Shown piece by piece: positions 1-10,937 of a stretch of DNA of 64,000 nt. The position numbers and the translations under genes are program-made. The DNA is from an uncultured delta proteobacterium (GTDB taxonomy: Bacteria; Myxococcota_A; Polyangia; Polyangiales; Houyiibacteriaceae): positions 448,001 to 512,000 of the forward strand of contig CAVOVB010000001.1 in the NCBI GenBank assembly GCA_963699755.1, in the 5' to 3' direction. The notes under the pieces were generated by a model, which was not told the DNA's origin, ran no database searches, and was given only the letters and a program-made list of their open reading frames with translations. The number at the start of each line of letters is the position of its first letter. Position 1 is the first letter of the stretch.

Positions 1-995
1 GCCTCGAACGAAAGGAGCTTCAACAAATTGTGGAAAGACTCGTGGATACTCTGGGGTTTTCCGAACACCAATACATCGCCGTGCGTCACAGCGACACCGA
101 CCACGAGCACATCCACGTCGCGATTAACAAGATCCATCCCGAGACCTTTCGGATTCACTCCCCCTCCTGGGACCACCAGAAGCTATTCACCGGGGCCCAA
201 GCCCTCGAGCGGGAGCTGGGCCTGACACCCATGCGGTCGAGGACGCGCGAGAGCGAGAGGGTCCCGCAACGAGCCGCGGACTGCGAAGCGCACCATGGAA
301 CCGACAGCTTCGCGCGCTGGGCCCGGGAAAAGCTCCGACCTGCTCTTCGTGCAACTGAACTACCAAGCTGGGATGACCTGCATGGCGTCTGCGGCCGTTT
401 TGGCGTCGTGATTCGGCCTCACGGCAACGGACTTGTATGTGAGGATGTGGATCGAGGTGTCCGTGTGAAAGCCTCTTTCGTCGCTCGCGAGCTCAGCAAG
501 AATCGGCTCTGCCAACGGCTGGGACCTTTTCAACCGGCGTTGGAGCGCCAGTTAGAAGCGGCACTCCAGGCGCCCCTTCGGTACTCGCCCATGCCAACCA
601 GGGCACCCCAGAGCTTGTGGAAGGAGTACGAACAGAGCCTCGACCAAGCGCGTAAGCAGCGCCAAGAGGCATGGGCCGGCTACCGAGACTCTGCCTCTCG
701 CGAGCGTCAACAACTGGGGCAGAAGTACCGCCTCCAACGAAGGGTCATCAATGCCCTACCCGTCTCAGTTCGCGATCGAAGCCAGCTGCTGCGACAACTC
801 GCGCTTCGACAAGCCATCGAAAGCCGGACCCTCGAGCGAAAGCTTGCGATCCAACGGAAGGCGATTCGAAAGACCTGGCATCCCGGCACCTGGCGGCACT
901 GCATAGCGAGGCGCGCCGCCGAGCGCGACGCCCGCGCGATGCGGCTTCTGAGGCGACTGGAACGGGGCCGCTCCAACGAAGGAAGGGAGTTGTGA
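1..995 (+). CDS. Relaxase, MOB-P/TraI-like (5' part outside window)
   Basis: HUH motif HSDTDHEHIHVAINKIHP followed by a TraI-like middle region; frame is open from the window start. Confidence 0.85.
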   Translation, partial: LERKELQQIVERLVDTLGFSEHQYIAVRHSDTDHEHIHVAINKIHPETFRIHSPSWDHQKLFTGAQALERELGLTPMRSRTRESERVPQRAADCEAHHGTDSFARWAREKLRPALRATELPSWDDLHGVCGRFGVVIRPHGNGLVCEDVDRGVRVKASFVARELSKNRLCQRLGPFQPALERQLEAALQAPLRYSPMPTRAPQSLWKEYEQSLDQARKQRQEAWAGYRDSASRERQQLGQKYRLQRRVINALPVSVRDRSQLLRQLALRQAIESRTLERKLAIQRKAIRKTWHPGTWRHCIARRAAERDARAMRLLRRLERGRSNEGREL

Positions 996-1104
996 GATTC
1001 AGTAGAGCAACGCGCCCGACGGCGACTCAGGCTCTGTCTCGAGCTCGGTTTTCGCCTGCTCCCGCCGGCAACATGAGGTCTTCGAGAAAGAACGCCGCAA
1101 GGTC

Positions 1105-1404
1105 ATGCCTTCCGGAGAGCCCAGCCTTCTTGTAGACCGCCCGGGCCTGCTGGCGAGCGCGATCGTTCTTGCATTGATGCTCCTACCCCTCGTGCTCCCT
1201 CAAGGCCCTTTGCGCGCCGCGGTGGCGGTGGGCGCCTGCCTCGGCACGTTGCTGGTCTTCGGGCTGGGGTACGGAACAGGAGAAGCCGGTGGTCGACTAG
1301 TCTATGAGCACGGAGCGGCGCAGGCCTATGTCGCGCCTGGAGGTGTGTTGCCCGGAGACCGCATCCCTTCGGATGAAAATGCGGACGACGACAGTGATGA
1401 CTGA
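1105..1404 (+). CDS. Small membrane protein
   Basis: Two hydrophobic segments and an acidic tail. Confidence 0.4.
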   Translation: MPSGEPSLLVDRPGLLASAIVLALMLLPLVLPQGPLRAAVAVGACLGTLLVFGLGYGTGEAGGRLVYEHGAAQAYVAPGGVLPGDRIPSDENADDDSDD

Positions 1405-1507
1405 CGAACACAACGAACGACATCGTACGGAACGGACCACGCCGAAATGATGATTCGAAGGCTTGGCGACCAGCGGTGTCGCAGCGATCGGCTATGATGC
1501 GCGGGCA

Positions 1508-2173
1508 ATGTTCAAGAGAACCAAAGGCCCTCAGGCGAGGCGACCTCAGCGGTTGCTCGAGCGGCTGCGCGATGAACGGAGCAGGCGAGTCGTATTTGTC
1601 GCGCATTGCATACTGAATGAGAACACTCGCTACCTAGGCGGCGCTTTTCGACCGGGCGTTGTCGAGGAGGTGCTGGAGACCTACGTCCGTCAAGGCATCG
1701 GGATCTACCAGATGCCGTGCCCAGAACAGCGGGCCTGGGGTGGGGTTCTGAAACGCTGGATGCTCCTCTTCTATGGCTCTGAGGGGACCGCTATACACAG
1801 GCTACGAGGCCTGATCGTGCCACTCTTCTTGGCCTACACTCGAGCGTTCTATCGGCGGCTCGCGGCCCGTATTGCTCGAGACATCCAGGACTACGCTCGC
1901 TCGGGCTTTGAGGTGGTTGGCATCGTTGGGATCGGAGGTTCGCCTTCATGCGGGGTCGACCGTACGTTGGATTTGAAACGTTCGCTCCCTGTTCTCGCGT
2001 CTACGCCGATCGGTCAACTTCAGCGCGAGACATTCAACGAACGTGCCATCGTGCGGTGCCTTGCCGAGGGGCAAGGACTTTTCATCGAAGCCCTCGAGCG
2101 CGAGCTCGATCGTCGCGGCTTGCACGTTCCTTTTCTCGAACACGATCTCATCGGGGAGATGCACGGCAAGTGA
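1508..2173 (+). CDS. DUF523 / 2-thiouracil desulfurase (TudS)-related Fe-S protein
   Basis: Motifs HCILNEN, QMPCPE, GSPSCG. Confidence 0.75.
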   Translation: MFKRTKGPQARRPQRLLERLRDERSRRVVFVAHCILNENTRYLGGAFRPGVVEEVLETYVRQGIGIYQMPCPEQRAWGGVLKRWMLLFYGSEGTAIHRLRGLIVPLFLAYTRAFYRRLAARIARDIQDYARSGFEVVGIVGIGGSPSCGVDRTLDLKRSLPVLASTPIGQLQRETFNERAIVRCLAEGQGLFIEALERELDRRGLHVPFLEHDLIGEMHGK

Positions 2174-2631
2174 CGCGACGGTTCGACATCTCCACGCGTT
2201 TGGCAGCTACTCCGGCTGACGTGTGGGCACGGTGTACCTCAGTGCAAGGTGTCGCGCGCGAGCTCAGTCCTTGGTTTCGCATGACCTTTCCGCGTGGAAT
2301 CGAAGACTTAACGCCACCGAACGTCGAACTGGGGAAGCGCTTGTTTCGCAGTTGGATGCTCTTATTTGGAGTGCTGCCGGTTGACTTCGACGATGTCACG
2401 TTCGTCGAACTAGAGCCGGGCCACCGGTTCGTGGAACGTTCAACCATGGCAAGCCAGCGCGTTTGGTTTCACGAGCGCATCGTTGAACCATGTGACGGAG
2501 ATACACTGATCACCGACAGGCTCGAATGGGAGGGCCGCCTCCCAGGCGCTGAGCTTGTCTTCGCCGCCGTCGTACCACGGCTATTCGGATGGCGACATCG
2601 ACAGCTGAAGCGGAACTTCGGCGAGGCATGA
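2170..2631 (+). CDS. SRPBCC/START-like protein
   Basis: GTGA overlap with upstream stop; PADVW...FVERS...WFHERIVEP pattern. Confidence 0.7.
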   Translation: MTRRFDISTRLAATPADVWARCTSVQGVARELSPWFRMTFPRGIEDLTPPNVELGKRLFRSWMLLFGVLPVDFDDVTFVELEPGHRFVERSTMASQRVWFHERIVEPCDGDTLITDRLEWEGRLPGAELVFAAVVPRLFGWRHRQLKRNFGEA

Positions 2632-2691
2632 GCGACTTCAGATGGTTTGCAATTTGCGCACCCTTCGTGGGCTCGCCGCCCGCGCATCTTG

Positions 2692-3282
2692 TTACGTCTT
2701 GCGCGCAACGAAGAACCCGAAGTGGCCCTCGTCATGCGACGCCTCGACGTGTAGCCCTGCTGCTTCGAGTGCGCGGGCGAGTCGCGCGTGATCAAATCGG
2801 TCTTCCCTGGGGTGGTCCAGTAGGGCGCGCGCCAGCGGATGCTTGAGGAACTTCTCGTAGATTTCGTCAGCGTAGAAGCGCCCCCCAGGCTTGAGGACGC
2901 GATGGACCTCACCAAGCGCTGCTCTCCAGTCCGGAATGTGATGAATGATGCCGAAATCGAAGACAGCGTCGTAGGTGCCATCTTCAGCCCGGATGTCTGT
3001 TGCGTCGCCTATCCACAGTGAAACCCGGTCGCCAAAGCGCTCGAGACGGGCTTGTGCGCGGCGAACCATATCCGGGTCGAGATCGAACGCATCCACAGTG
3101 TCCGCGCCGAATTGCTCGAGGATGATCTCCACACCGACGCCCCGCCCGCATCCGATTTCGAGCGCCCGACCCCCAGTCGTGGCGCCGCCCAGTTCGCGGA
3201 GGCGCTTTGCCTCGTAGTAGCGCTGCGCTGCCTCACGCAGGGGGTTGTTCATCAAGAGCTTTTCGACTTTGTTGAGTAGCAT
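2692..3282 (-). CDS. Class I SAM-dependent methyltransferase
   Basis: ALEIGCGRG, YDAVFDFGIIHH, RVLKPGG; TGATG coupling to the upstream gene. Confidence 0.9.
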   Translation of the reverse strand: MLLNKVEKLLMNNPLREAAQRYYEAKRLRELGGATTGGRALEIGCGRGVGVEIILEQFGADTVDAFDLDPDMVRRAQARLERFGDRVSLWIGDATDIRAEDGTYDAVFDFGIIHHIPDWRAALGEVHRVLKPGGRFYADEIYEKFLKHPLARALLDHPREDRFDHARLARALEAAGLHVEASHDEGHFGFFVARKT

Positions 3283-4457
3283 CAGTCGACTTTCTTTTGA
3301 GCTGAGAGCGGCGGCTCGGATTGATCGCGCGGTGGGGCGGAGCTTCCTCGAGGCGAGGATCCCCCACGCCTGAGCAGGCTCCCCGTCATGAAGACCGAAA
3401 TGAAGATCAAAGCGAATGGCACCCAGGTGCCCAGCGCACTCGAGAACATCGCGAAGCTCCGCTGGATCAACCAAGCGACGATCAGGGCGTCGAGCGCGAC
3501 TACGATCGCCGTGAAGGTGCCGGCGACGAAGATGGGACGGCGACCGCCGCTGCGCAGGAACAGATGCGCGGTGACGGCGGCGAAGATGATCGGCGCGCCG
3601 ACCGCGTGCGCGACGATTGCACTGGGTTCTGACACCGTCGCGAGCAGCGCGCCCATCAACGCCCCGCAGGCTGCCCAGCCGACGACGCCGTGCGCGATCA
3701 AAGCGGCGAGCGATGCGCGCGGGATTCCGATGTCGGATGCACCTGGTCGCCGAAAGCGAAAGTCGCAGCACTCCCCGCCCTCAGCAAGCGTCGTCGTGCG
3801 GATGAGCTCGATGCCGACCAGCTCCGTGTGCGGCCAGTCGAGCTCACACAGGACGGGCGCGAGCTCCTCGGCACCTTCGGCGCGCAGGAACTTGATGATC
3901 CCGCACTCGACGAAGTCGATGCCGAAGTCGAAGCACCCGGGCTCGCCCGGGACGAAGCGGGAGACGTAGTCATCCGGGTTCGGGCGGTCCTGAGAGGCAA
4001 TGGCGAGCCGGCGCACCTTCTTCTGATTCGCCGGGCCCATCCGAATTCGTCCGTAGAGGCCTCTCAGCACGCGCGGATAGCGGGACCAGTAGGTTCTGAA
4101 GATCTCGCAAAAAAGCTCCGGTGCTTCGTCGAGCGTCAGCCCGCGCGGCACGAGCACTCGCCACAGGGCGAGCCAGAATGCCGATCCGTACAGGCTGAAC
4201 GAGCGATGGTTCGCCGAGCCGCCGATCCACGGCAAGCGATCGATGACCGCTTCGTACTCTGCGCGAGTTTCGGCGATCGCCACATCGAGGCCCTCCTCGC
4301 CGAATCGGTCCACCAGCAAGACCCGCAGTGTCGTCACACCGCGATCGAATTGTCGCAATAGGCGGCCGCGCAGACGCGGGTCTCGATCCACGGCCCTCTC
4401 GCTTGGACGATGGGGGGGGTTGAGATTCGTCGTAGCCAGCTGCTCCATCTCATCCAT
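3282..4457 (-). CDS. L-2-amino-thiazoline-4-carboxylate hydrolase-family protein with C-terminal multi-TM domain
   Basis: ECGI...LCELD...RTTTLAEGGECCDFRF motif, followed by about four hydrophobic helices. Confidence 0.75.
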   Translation of the reverse strand: MDEMEQLATTNLNPPHRPSERAVDRDPRLRGRLLRQFDRGVTTLRVLLVDRFGEEGLDVAIAETRAEYEAVIDRLPWIGGSANHRSFSLYGSAFWLALWRVLVPRGLTLDEAPELFCEIFRTYWSRYPRVLRGLYGRIRMGPANQKKVRRLAIASQDRPNPDDYVSRFVPGEPGCFDFGIDFVECGIIKFLRAEGAEELAPVLCELDWPHTELVGIELIRTTTLAEGGECCDFRFRRPGASDIGIPRASLAALIAHGVVGWAACGALMGALLATVSEPSAIVAHAVGAPIIFAAVTAHLFLRSGGRRPIFVAGTFTAIVVALDALIVAWLIQRSFAMFSSALGTWVPFALIFISVFMTGSLLRRGGSSPRGSSAPPRDQSEPPLSAQKKVD

Positions 4458-4463
4458 CCAACA

Positions 4464-5183
4464 TTAGAAGCCTGAAGCGGTGATGCGTCCGTTGCCGGTT
4501 TGCAGGGTGATCGCTCCGTTGCCTTCTCCCAACACACCCATGGCGGTCTTGCTGGTCCTCACCAAGTTCTGTAGCTCGAGGTTGGAAATCTCGATGCTCC
4601 CGTTGCCGACTGCGGCAGAAAAGTCAGCCGACGTATTCACAGGTATGAAGAGATCGGTGTTGCCGTTCGCAATGGTGATTTCGACGGAGCCGCCAGGAGG
4701 GAGAGTTGCCCTGGCCGTGACATTACCGTTGCTGAGTTGCACGGACACGCTGCCATCGGTGTTGGTCGCGTCGATGTTGCCATTGGCGCTCGTGACCAGC
4801 ACTGCCAGATTCCTGGGGAGACTGATTTCGTAGTTGACGACGAAGTTACGGCGTTGGTTGTCTTGTGGCTGGATCGTCCGCACGACGATTTCCTCCGCGA
4901 ATTCCTCTACGTCGACCTGAACCTCCGGGAGCCCCTGCTGTGCTTCATCGAGGGTCTCGGCCTGCACCTCGCGTGTTCCAGCGACCGTGATCACATCGGC
5001 TCCGGCCACTCCCGCGATCGAGATGGTGCCGTTGATGGCCTCGAGCACGAGACGTGTTTGGTTCGCGACCCCCTGTTCGAAAGAGAATTCTTCCGAGACA
5101 ACCTTCCGATCGGAGCGGAAGACGTCGCCACAAGCCGCCAGCCCAACGGCGATCAGTAAGATGGAGGTTGCGGTCCGGTGCAT
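4464..5183 (-). CDS. DUF4097-type beta-strand-repeat lipoprotein
   Basis: Lipobox LAAC; repeated NGxI units. Confidence 0.75.
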   Translation of the reverse strand: MHRTATSILLIAVGLAACGDVFRSDRKVVSEEFSFEQGVANQTRLVLEAINGTISIAGVAGADVITVAGTREVQAETLDEAQQGLPEVQVDVEEFAEEIVVRTIQPQDNQRRNFVVNYEISLPRNLAVLVTSANGNIDATNTDGSVSVQLSNGNVTARATLPPGGSVEITIANGNTDLFIPVNTSADFSAAVGNGSIEISNLELQNLVRTSKTAMGVLGEGNGAITLQTGNGRITASGF

Positions 5184-5391
5184 GGTTCGCCTCCGAACGC
5201 CCTTGTGTGCAGTCGAGCGCTGACAACAGGAAGCATGCGCCCAACTTGTTTCGCTTTTCAAGGGGATTGTCGGAAGCGCAATCAGAGCCCCAGCGGGCCG
5301 GTAAACATCTCCAGTCTGCGTTCGACAACTAGTGCGGCCGAGTCGTCGAGGCGCACTTCCATCGCTAGTCAGACCTCGGTAAGCTCGCCTC

Positions 5392-5760
5392 ATGGCTCTG
5401 ACCGGATCGCTATCGAGCAATGCGGTGGTCGCGACTCGTCACGGCGGGCCGGGGGTCTTGGAGGTGCGCGCGGTCGAGGTCGCTGCGCCTGAGCCGGGTG
5501 AAGTTCGTGTGCGGGTGGAAGCTGCGGGGATCAGCTACGCCGATCTGCTGATGTGCCAGGGGCTGCATCCAGAAGCTCGCACGGCGCCACCCGGACTGGT
5601 ATCGCAATGACCTCGCCGCCCTGTTCGCGATGCTGGCCGACGGCCATATCAATCCCCGCATCGCCGCAGTGTGGAAGCTCGACGAAGTGCCCACAGCCAT
5701 CGAGGCCCTAGCCGGCGGCGGGGCCTTGCCAGGCAAACAGGTCATCGCGGTCGCGGCGAG
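5392..5760 (+). pseudogene. MDR (zinc-binding dehydrogenase / quinone reductase) remnant with large internal deletion
   Basis: N-terminus GGPGVLEV...GEVRVRVEAAGISYAD joined out of frame at ~5585 to C-terminus HPDWYRNDLAALFAMLADGHINP...GKQVI. Confidence 0.75.
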
Positions 5761-6046
5761 CTCAGAGCGATGGAGATCCGATCGGATTCTACCGCGGAGT
5801 CATTCGCGACTCTCCATTGGACACTCTGATGAGCTGAATGCCAAAGGGAACCAGGGCGATAGCGAGCATCACGGAAGCAACCAGACCGAAGAGGTCGATG
5901 TCGATGGCAGCGGACACCCCCAAGAGCATCATCGCGACGATGAGTAACATCAGTGCGTGCCCAAGATGCATGAGCCGGTTGCCGTGGAACTCACCAACCA
6001 TGAGTGGATCGCCTCTATCACCCTTCTCGCCATTGGGGACCTCCCA

Positions 6047-7090
6047 TCACAATACTAGCCACAACGAGGCCGCCAAGACCGCCAACACACCGAGCGCGAT
6101 CCATAGAGCGTTCCAGTTGACTGGTATCTCCGCGCTCCCGTCGGGAACGGGCTCTGTGCCTGGGTCGAGGTACTGGTAGAGCCGATCCATGTCCGGAGTG
6201 GAGATCGACGCAGTTTCGGCGAGTCCGCGGAGCTCATCGGCGATGGTCTTCATCTCATTCCGTGCTCCGAGCGCGTGACCGATCTTGATGCTTGTAGTGT
6301 CGCTCTCGACCATTCGCCGCATGAGGGCGAGGAGCAGCGGCTCGGGAAGCCACTGGAAGACCTTGTGGCTCTTCGGTGTGATGGGAATGCCGTGCGCGCT
6401 CAGGACTCTGTATCCCTCGCGAATCGCTCGGAGCATGAGCACCAGCGCGTCGCGCGTGCGCGCGAGCCGACCGGCGTCCACTCCTGCCATGTACAGGGCG
6501 TTGGCCGTGGGGCTGATCTCGGCGACGTGGGTCTTTAGCCACGCATCCATGTTCGAGCAGATCGAGGCAGGGAATCCAGCCGCTCCGAGGGCGTTCGCAA
6601 TCGCGTCGAGCCGTGGGGACTTGGTGCCGTCCAGCTCGCCGATCGTCGTGGGCTGTTCCCTGGCCGGGACGATCAGATAGCGGATGCTGTGATCACCGGC
6701 CACCGCTGCGGCACCGGGGAACCCGAGAAGCACTCGCTCGCGGCCGAGGACCTCTACCATCTCACTAGGGCCGGCGGCGTTGTTGCCGAAAAACATGACG
6801 CTAGGCGTCTGCCGGTTTTCGGCCAGTATTGGCAACACTTCCGAAACGTGGTCCTTGGGCAGGACGACCAGAACGAGGTCATAGGCGTCATCGGTGTCGA
6901 GCCGACCGACGGCTGGGACGCGAACCGTGGTCTCTTTGCCCGTAATGGCGTTTTCGAGCTGGATCCCATGCTCGCGGATGTCGTCCAAGCGCTTCTGCCT
7001 CGCCAGGATGGAAACGTCCTGTTCAGATTCTTTGAGCAGACCTGCATAGAGACTGCCGATGTTACCCGCTCCGTAAACTAGGATTCTCAT
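6047..7090 (-). CDS. Ketopantoate reductase-family protein
   Basis: MRILVYGAGNIG Rossmann start, TTIGELDG, WLKTH. Confidence 0.85.
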   Translation of the reverse strand: MRILVYGAGNIGSLYAGLLKESEQDVSILARQKRLDDIREHGIQLENAITGKETTVRVPAVGRLDTDDAYDLVLVVLPKDHVSEVLPILAENRQTPSVMFFGNNAAGPSEMVEVLGRERVLLGFPGAAAVAGDHSIRYLIVPAREQPTTIGELDGTKSPRLDAIANALGAAGFPASICSNMDAWLKTHVAEISPTANALYMAGVDAGRLARTRDALVLMLRAIREGYRVLSAHGIPITPKSHKVFQWLPEPLLLALMRRMVESDTTSIKIGHALGARNEMKTIADELRGLAETASISTPDMDRLYQYLDPGTEPVPDGSAEIPVNWNALWIALGVLAVLAASLWLVL

Positions 7091-7263
7091 CTGTTTCCCT
7101 TGGCGGCCTACTCGGCGTGGCCATCGTGAGCCTTGCCGTCTTGCCGTCCGTCCGCCACCACTAGACTGTGCGCCAGTAAGAGAGGAGTGACCATTGTGCA
7201 GATCATCTGGGGAATCATGGGATTGATCCTGATTGCTGCTGCCGTGGTGGCCCGGCCGACGTC

Positions 7264-7971
7264 ATGATCACCAAAGCACCACCACTCGTCTATGCAAGAG
7301 TCGGGGGGGCTGCGTACCTCGTGATCACCATCGTCGCGGTGCTCTACGGGGGTCTTGTCGAATCCAAGCTCATCGTTTCGGGAAACGACGCGGCAACAGC
7401 CCACAACATCCTGGCCCACGAATCGCTGTTTCGCATCGGCATCGTCTTGGTCCTGATCATCTACGCGAGTGTCGTGGTGGCGTCCTGGGCGCTCTATGTG
7501 ATCCTCAGAACGGTCCACAAGAACCTTGCCTTGCTCGCGCTGCTTCTCAGGTCGGCAGAGGCGATCGTCGGTGCCGCTACTGTGCTCATCAGCTTCGCCG
7601 TCCTGTACGTTCTCGAGGGCAGCGGCTCTCCGAGCGCCCTTGAACCGGAACAATTGCAAGCTTTGGCTGGTCGGCTCATCGACGTGCGTACCGCCGGGCT
7701 AGATATCGTCTTGGTCTTCATCGGCCTCGGAGCGACCGTCTTTTGTGTTCTGCTCTTCAGGTCGAGGTGCATCCCCCAACCATTGGCTGCTTGGGGGATA
7801 TTCACGTACGTGTCGATGCTCGGTCTTGCTTTGGTGAGCATCCTCTTTCCCAACCATCCGTTGATGCTCGCAAACGTTCTCTACGGAGTGGGCGCGTTGT
7901 TTGAGCTCGTCCTAGGCCTTTGGCTCTTGTTCAAAGGGGTAGACCTCCAGCAATGGGATAAGCATGCATGA
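7264..7971 (+). CDS. DUF4386 membrane protein
   Basis: DAATAHNILAHESLFR...LWLLFKG pattern. Confidence 0.8.
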   Translation: MITKAPPLVYARVGGAAYLVITIVAVLYGGLVESKLIVSGNDAATAHNILAHESLFRIGIVLVLIIYASVVVASWALYVILRTVHKNLALLALLLRSAEAIVGAATVLISFAVLYVLEGSGSPSALEPEQLQALAGRLIDVRTAGLDIVLVFIGLGATVFCVLLFRSRCIPQPLAAWGIFTYVSMLGLALVSILFPNHPLMLANVLYGVGALFELVLGLWLLFKGVDLQQWDKHA

Positions 7972-8654
7972 GCACGAACGTTGCGAAGCCCGCCAAGGTG
8001 GCCATCATCGGCGCCAGCGGAACCTACGGCAGAGGGATCCTCGCCCGGGCCGAGGAGCTCGGCGTCGAGGCGGTGGTGGTCACGCGGTCTCCACACAAAT
8101 TCAAGGAAGTGAAGCCGACGACTACAGTGGTCGAGGCGCAGCTCGACGACGAGAAGAAGTTGAAGGAGGCGTTCGCCGGCTGCGATGGCGTCATCTCGGC
8201 TCTCGGCGACGACCGAAAGAAGCGTCCGAAGACCCACAGCCTCCCGCACGTCTGGAACGCCATGAAGGCTGCCGGCGTGACCAAGTACATCGGCATGGGC
8301 TCCGGAGCGATGATGATGCCGGACGAGAAGCGTGGGCGTTTCCAGCGCACCGTGCACCCCGTGCTGAGCGTTCTGAAGCTCTTTGGCGTCGACTTTCTCG
8401 AACAAAACGAGTGGGAGCGCGACAGTCTGCTCATGGGCAACAACGGCGCGGATGGCATCACCTGGGTGCTCACCAGACCGGTGAGGCCGACCAAGACGCC
8501 CTTCGTTGGAGCTCACGTGCACAAGGATGAGCGGGGCCCGATGGATTGCTCGATCTACGACCACGGCGACTTCTGCTTGTACTGCGTGGCATCGAGCGAG
8601 TGGGACAAGCTTGCCCCGCATGTCAGCTCCGGGCCGCAGCCCGAGAAGCAGTAA
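7968..8654 (+). CDS. NAD(P)H-binding protein (atypical SDR, flavin reductase-like)
   Basis: IIGASGTYG, CDGVISALG, WVLTRP. Confidence 0.8.
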   Translation: MSTNVAKPAKVAIIGASGTYGRGILARAEELGVEAVVVTRSPHKFKEVKPTTTVVEAQLDDEKKLKEAFAGCDGVISALGDDRKKRPKTHSLPHVWNAMKAAGVTKYIGMGSGAMMMPDEKRGRFQRTVHPVLSVLKLFGVDFLEQNEWERDSLLMGNNGADGITWVLTRPVRPTKTPFVGAHVHKDERGPMDCSIYDHGDFCLYCVASSEWDKLAPHVSSGPQPEKQ

Positions 8655-8676
8655 GACCTGTGAGCGGGGACGTGGT

Positions 8677-9413
8677 TCACCGCGCTGCGGCGGCGCGCTC
8701 GTGCCACCGCTGTTCGTCTACCCCTTTGAAGAGAAGCCACAGGAAGAACGGTATCTCCCCGGCCCAGGCCGCCACCCAATGATGGCGGAATACACGTCTG
8801 CGTAGCGCGGCAGAAGAATGTTCCCCATGCTCTCTATCAAATACCTCAACGCCGCGAGCGCCATCAACGCACCGAGCACTTTGGGAACGAAGCCCGAGGT
8901 GCAAATCAAGTAGCCCAGCACAAAGCAGTGCAGCGCAAAGAACGCCTCCCAGATCAAGATCACCCGTCCCTGCGCATCGACGAACAGCAGAGCGAGCGCG
9001 TCCAACTGCGCTTGTTCGAACGCCGCCAAGTAGCCCGCGCCGCTCAGAACCAGCAGGACAGCAAAGCTGGTGAGCAAATTGACTCCCTGGATCACGGCCA
9101 TCGTCAACCTGGCGTACGCCGCGATCAGAGAGAGCGTTCTGTTGACCGGTTCGAACAATCGATAAAGAACCACGACCAACACAATCTCAGCTAGGAACAG
9201 CACCGCATCGCTGACCATCCCCAGCCGGAACAACCACTCCGAAGCCCGGATGTTGTCGGCGGTGGCCGCGGCGTCTCCAGGCACGACCAGCGCGGAGGGA
9301 ACATACATCATCCCTAAGCCAGCGCACGCGAGTATCACCAGGACCAGAATCCCTGCCGTTCTCGCGTAAGAGAGCGGCAACATCGCAGCGGCGCGGCTTG
9401 CCATGGTGATCAC
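8677..9413 (-). pseudogene. DUF4386 membrane protein with frameshift near C-terminus
   Basis: DAAATADNIRASEWLFR; the natural C-terminus GEIPFFLWLLFKGVD lies in another frame after a 1-nt loss in a G run at 8775-8777. Confidence 0.75.
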
Positions 9414-9934
9414 TTCGTGTCGGCTTGCATCCGGAGCTGCTCCGCCAATTGGAGCACTGGGTCAATGTTGGACTTCTTCACGTAGTCGAATCCCTCCAAC
9501 TCTTCTCGCCGCGCCTCGGGATCGGGATTCACCAATGCACCCATCTTCAGAATCAGCCGGATCCACCAGCTGACCTCCGCATGGTTCAGCCTGCCGCGCA
9601 GCGCAACATGCTTCATTTGCGCAAGCAGTGTCTCAGGAAGACTGGCCGCAATCCAGCCATCGAGTCTTGGCCCGGCCGACGCACCGGAAACGGTGAACAG
9701 GATTGTCGGCTTGTTTTCGATGCTAGCCCTATGGGCTTTGACCCATTTGCGGATAGTCAGCCGGTACACGATCACCGAGCTTCCCAGGATCAACAACTCG
9801 TATTTCGATGGGTCGGCGTTGGCCTCTTTAACGTCGAAGACGGGCAAACCGGTCGCTTCGCCGATCCAATTGGCGTACTGAGCGGTGCTACCGTACTGCC
9901 CCGAGAAGAAGATTGCTCCGTTCATGTTCAACAC
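9410..9934 (-). CDS. Flavodoxin-domain protein (HemG-like)
   Basis: SGQYGSTAQYANWI, ILGSSV, LRGRL. Confidence 0.8.
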   Translation of the reverse strand: MLNMNGAIFFSGQYGSTAQYANWIGEATGLPVFDVKEANADPSKYELLILGSSVIVYRLTIRKWVKAHRASIENKPTILFTVSGASAGPRLDGWIAASLPETLLAQMKHVALRGRLNHAEVSWWIRLILKMGALVNPDPEARREELEGFDYVKKSNIDPVLQLAEQLRMQADTK

Positions 9935-10040
9935 TGCCTCCTTGATCCGCGTCTAGCACAGGGAGCAGCGCGCGGACGGATGGGAGTCCCAGTTGGCTAA
10001 TGGGGTGGCCCAGGAAGACGCACCGGGATACGGATAGCTC

Positions 10041-10937
10041 GTGGCCCCCAGGCAAACCATTCTCATCGCCGGAGCGACCGGATCCGTTGGCGGTGCTGCC
10101 GCTCTCGCGCTTTCGAAAGGCGGCGCACGAGTCGTGCTGCTCGGGCGCAGTGCTCGAAAGCTGAACGCAAAGGCGGACTCGATGCGCGAAGCGCTATCCG
10201 ACATCGGCATCGACAACCCCAGCGGAGACATAGCCACACTGACAGTCGACTTCTCCGATTTGGAGTCCGTGAGAGCGGCAGCCGAAGAAGCTTTGTGCCG
10301 CTTTCCGGCGATCGATGGGCTGGTACTGTCGGTTGGCGCCCTCGTCCAGAATGGTCCTCACGTGCTCCCCAGTGGACACGAGGTGATGTTCGCCACGAAT
10401 GTCATGGGGCCGTTCCTCTTCACGCAGCTGCTGGTGGAGAGATTGCAGCAATCAGATGGCCTGGTTCTCCACGTGATCGCGCCGTTCTGCGAAAAAGTCG
10501 ACTGGGACGACCTCGAGAGCATCGATCATCACAGGTCGATGACCGCATTCAACAGGACCAAGACCTGCAACCGTGTAATTGCAGGAGAGTTGGCTCGTCG
10601 GTATACGGGAAAGATCTCCTCAGTCGCGTTCGATCCTACCTTCGTCATCGATAAGTCAGACCCTGACTTGAAGAAGAGATGGCCGACTGGGTTAACAGGC
10701 CTGGCGTGGCGAATCATGGCCGCGCTCCGTGCGAAATCCCCCGCTGTAGCAGGTGAGCCGATTGCGAAACTGATGCTCTCGCAGCGAGATCGAAGGTCGA
10801 TCAATGGAGCGCTGTTTGTTCTTGATCAACGGGCAAACGAGGCAGACATGGCGATGAACGATGAAGTGCTGGGAGCACGGCTGTGGGAGAGACTAGAGGT
10901 GCTCACGGAAGCGCCAAGCGGTCGACCGTCCGTCTAG
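10041..10937 (+). CDS. SDR-family oxidoreductase
   Basis: AGATGSVG, FATNVMGPFLFTQLL; the YxxxK motif appears as FNRTK. Confidence 0.8.
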   Translation: MAPRQTILIAGATGSVGGAAALALSKGGARVVLLGRSARKLNAKADSMREALSDIGIDNPSGDIATLTVDFSDLESVRAAAEEALCRFPAIDGLVLSVGALVQNGPHVLPSGHEVMFATNVMGPFLFTQLLVERLQQSDGLVLHVIAPFCEKVDWDDLESIDHHRSMTAFNRTKTCNRVIAGELARRYTGKISSVAFDPTFVIDKSDPDLKKRWPTGLTGLAWRIMAALRAKSPAVAGEPIAKLMLSQRDRRSINGALFVLDQRANEADMAMNDEVLGARLWERLEVLTEAPSGRPSV

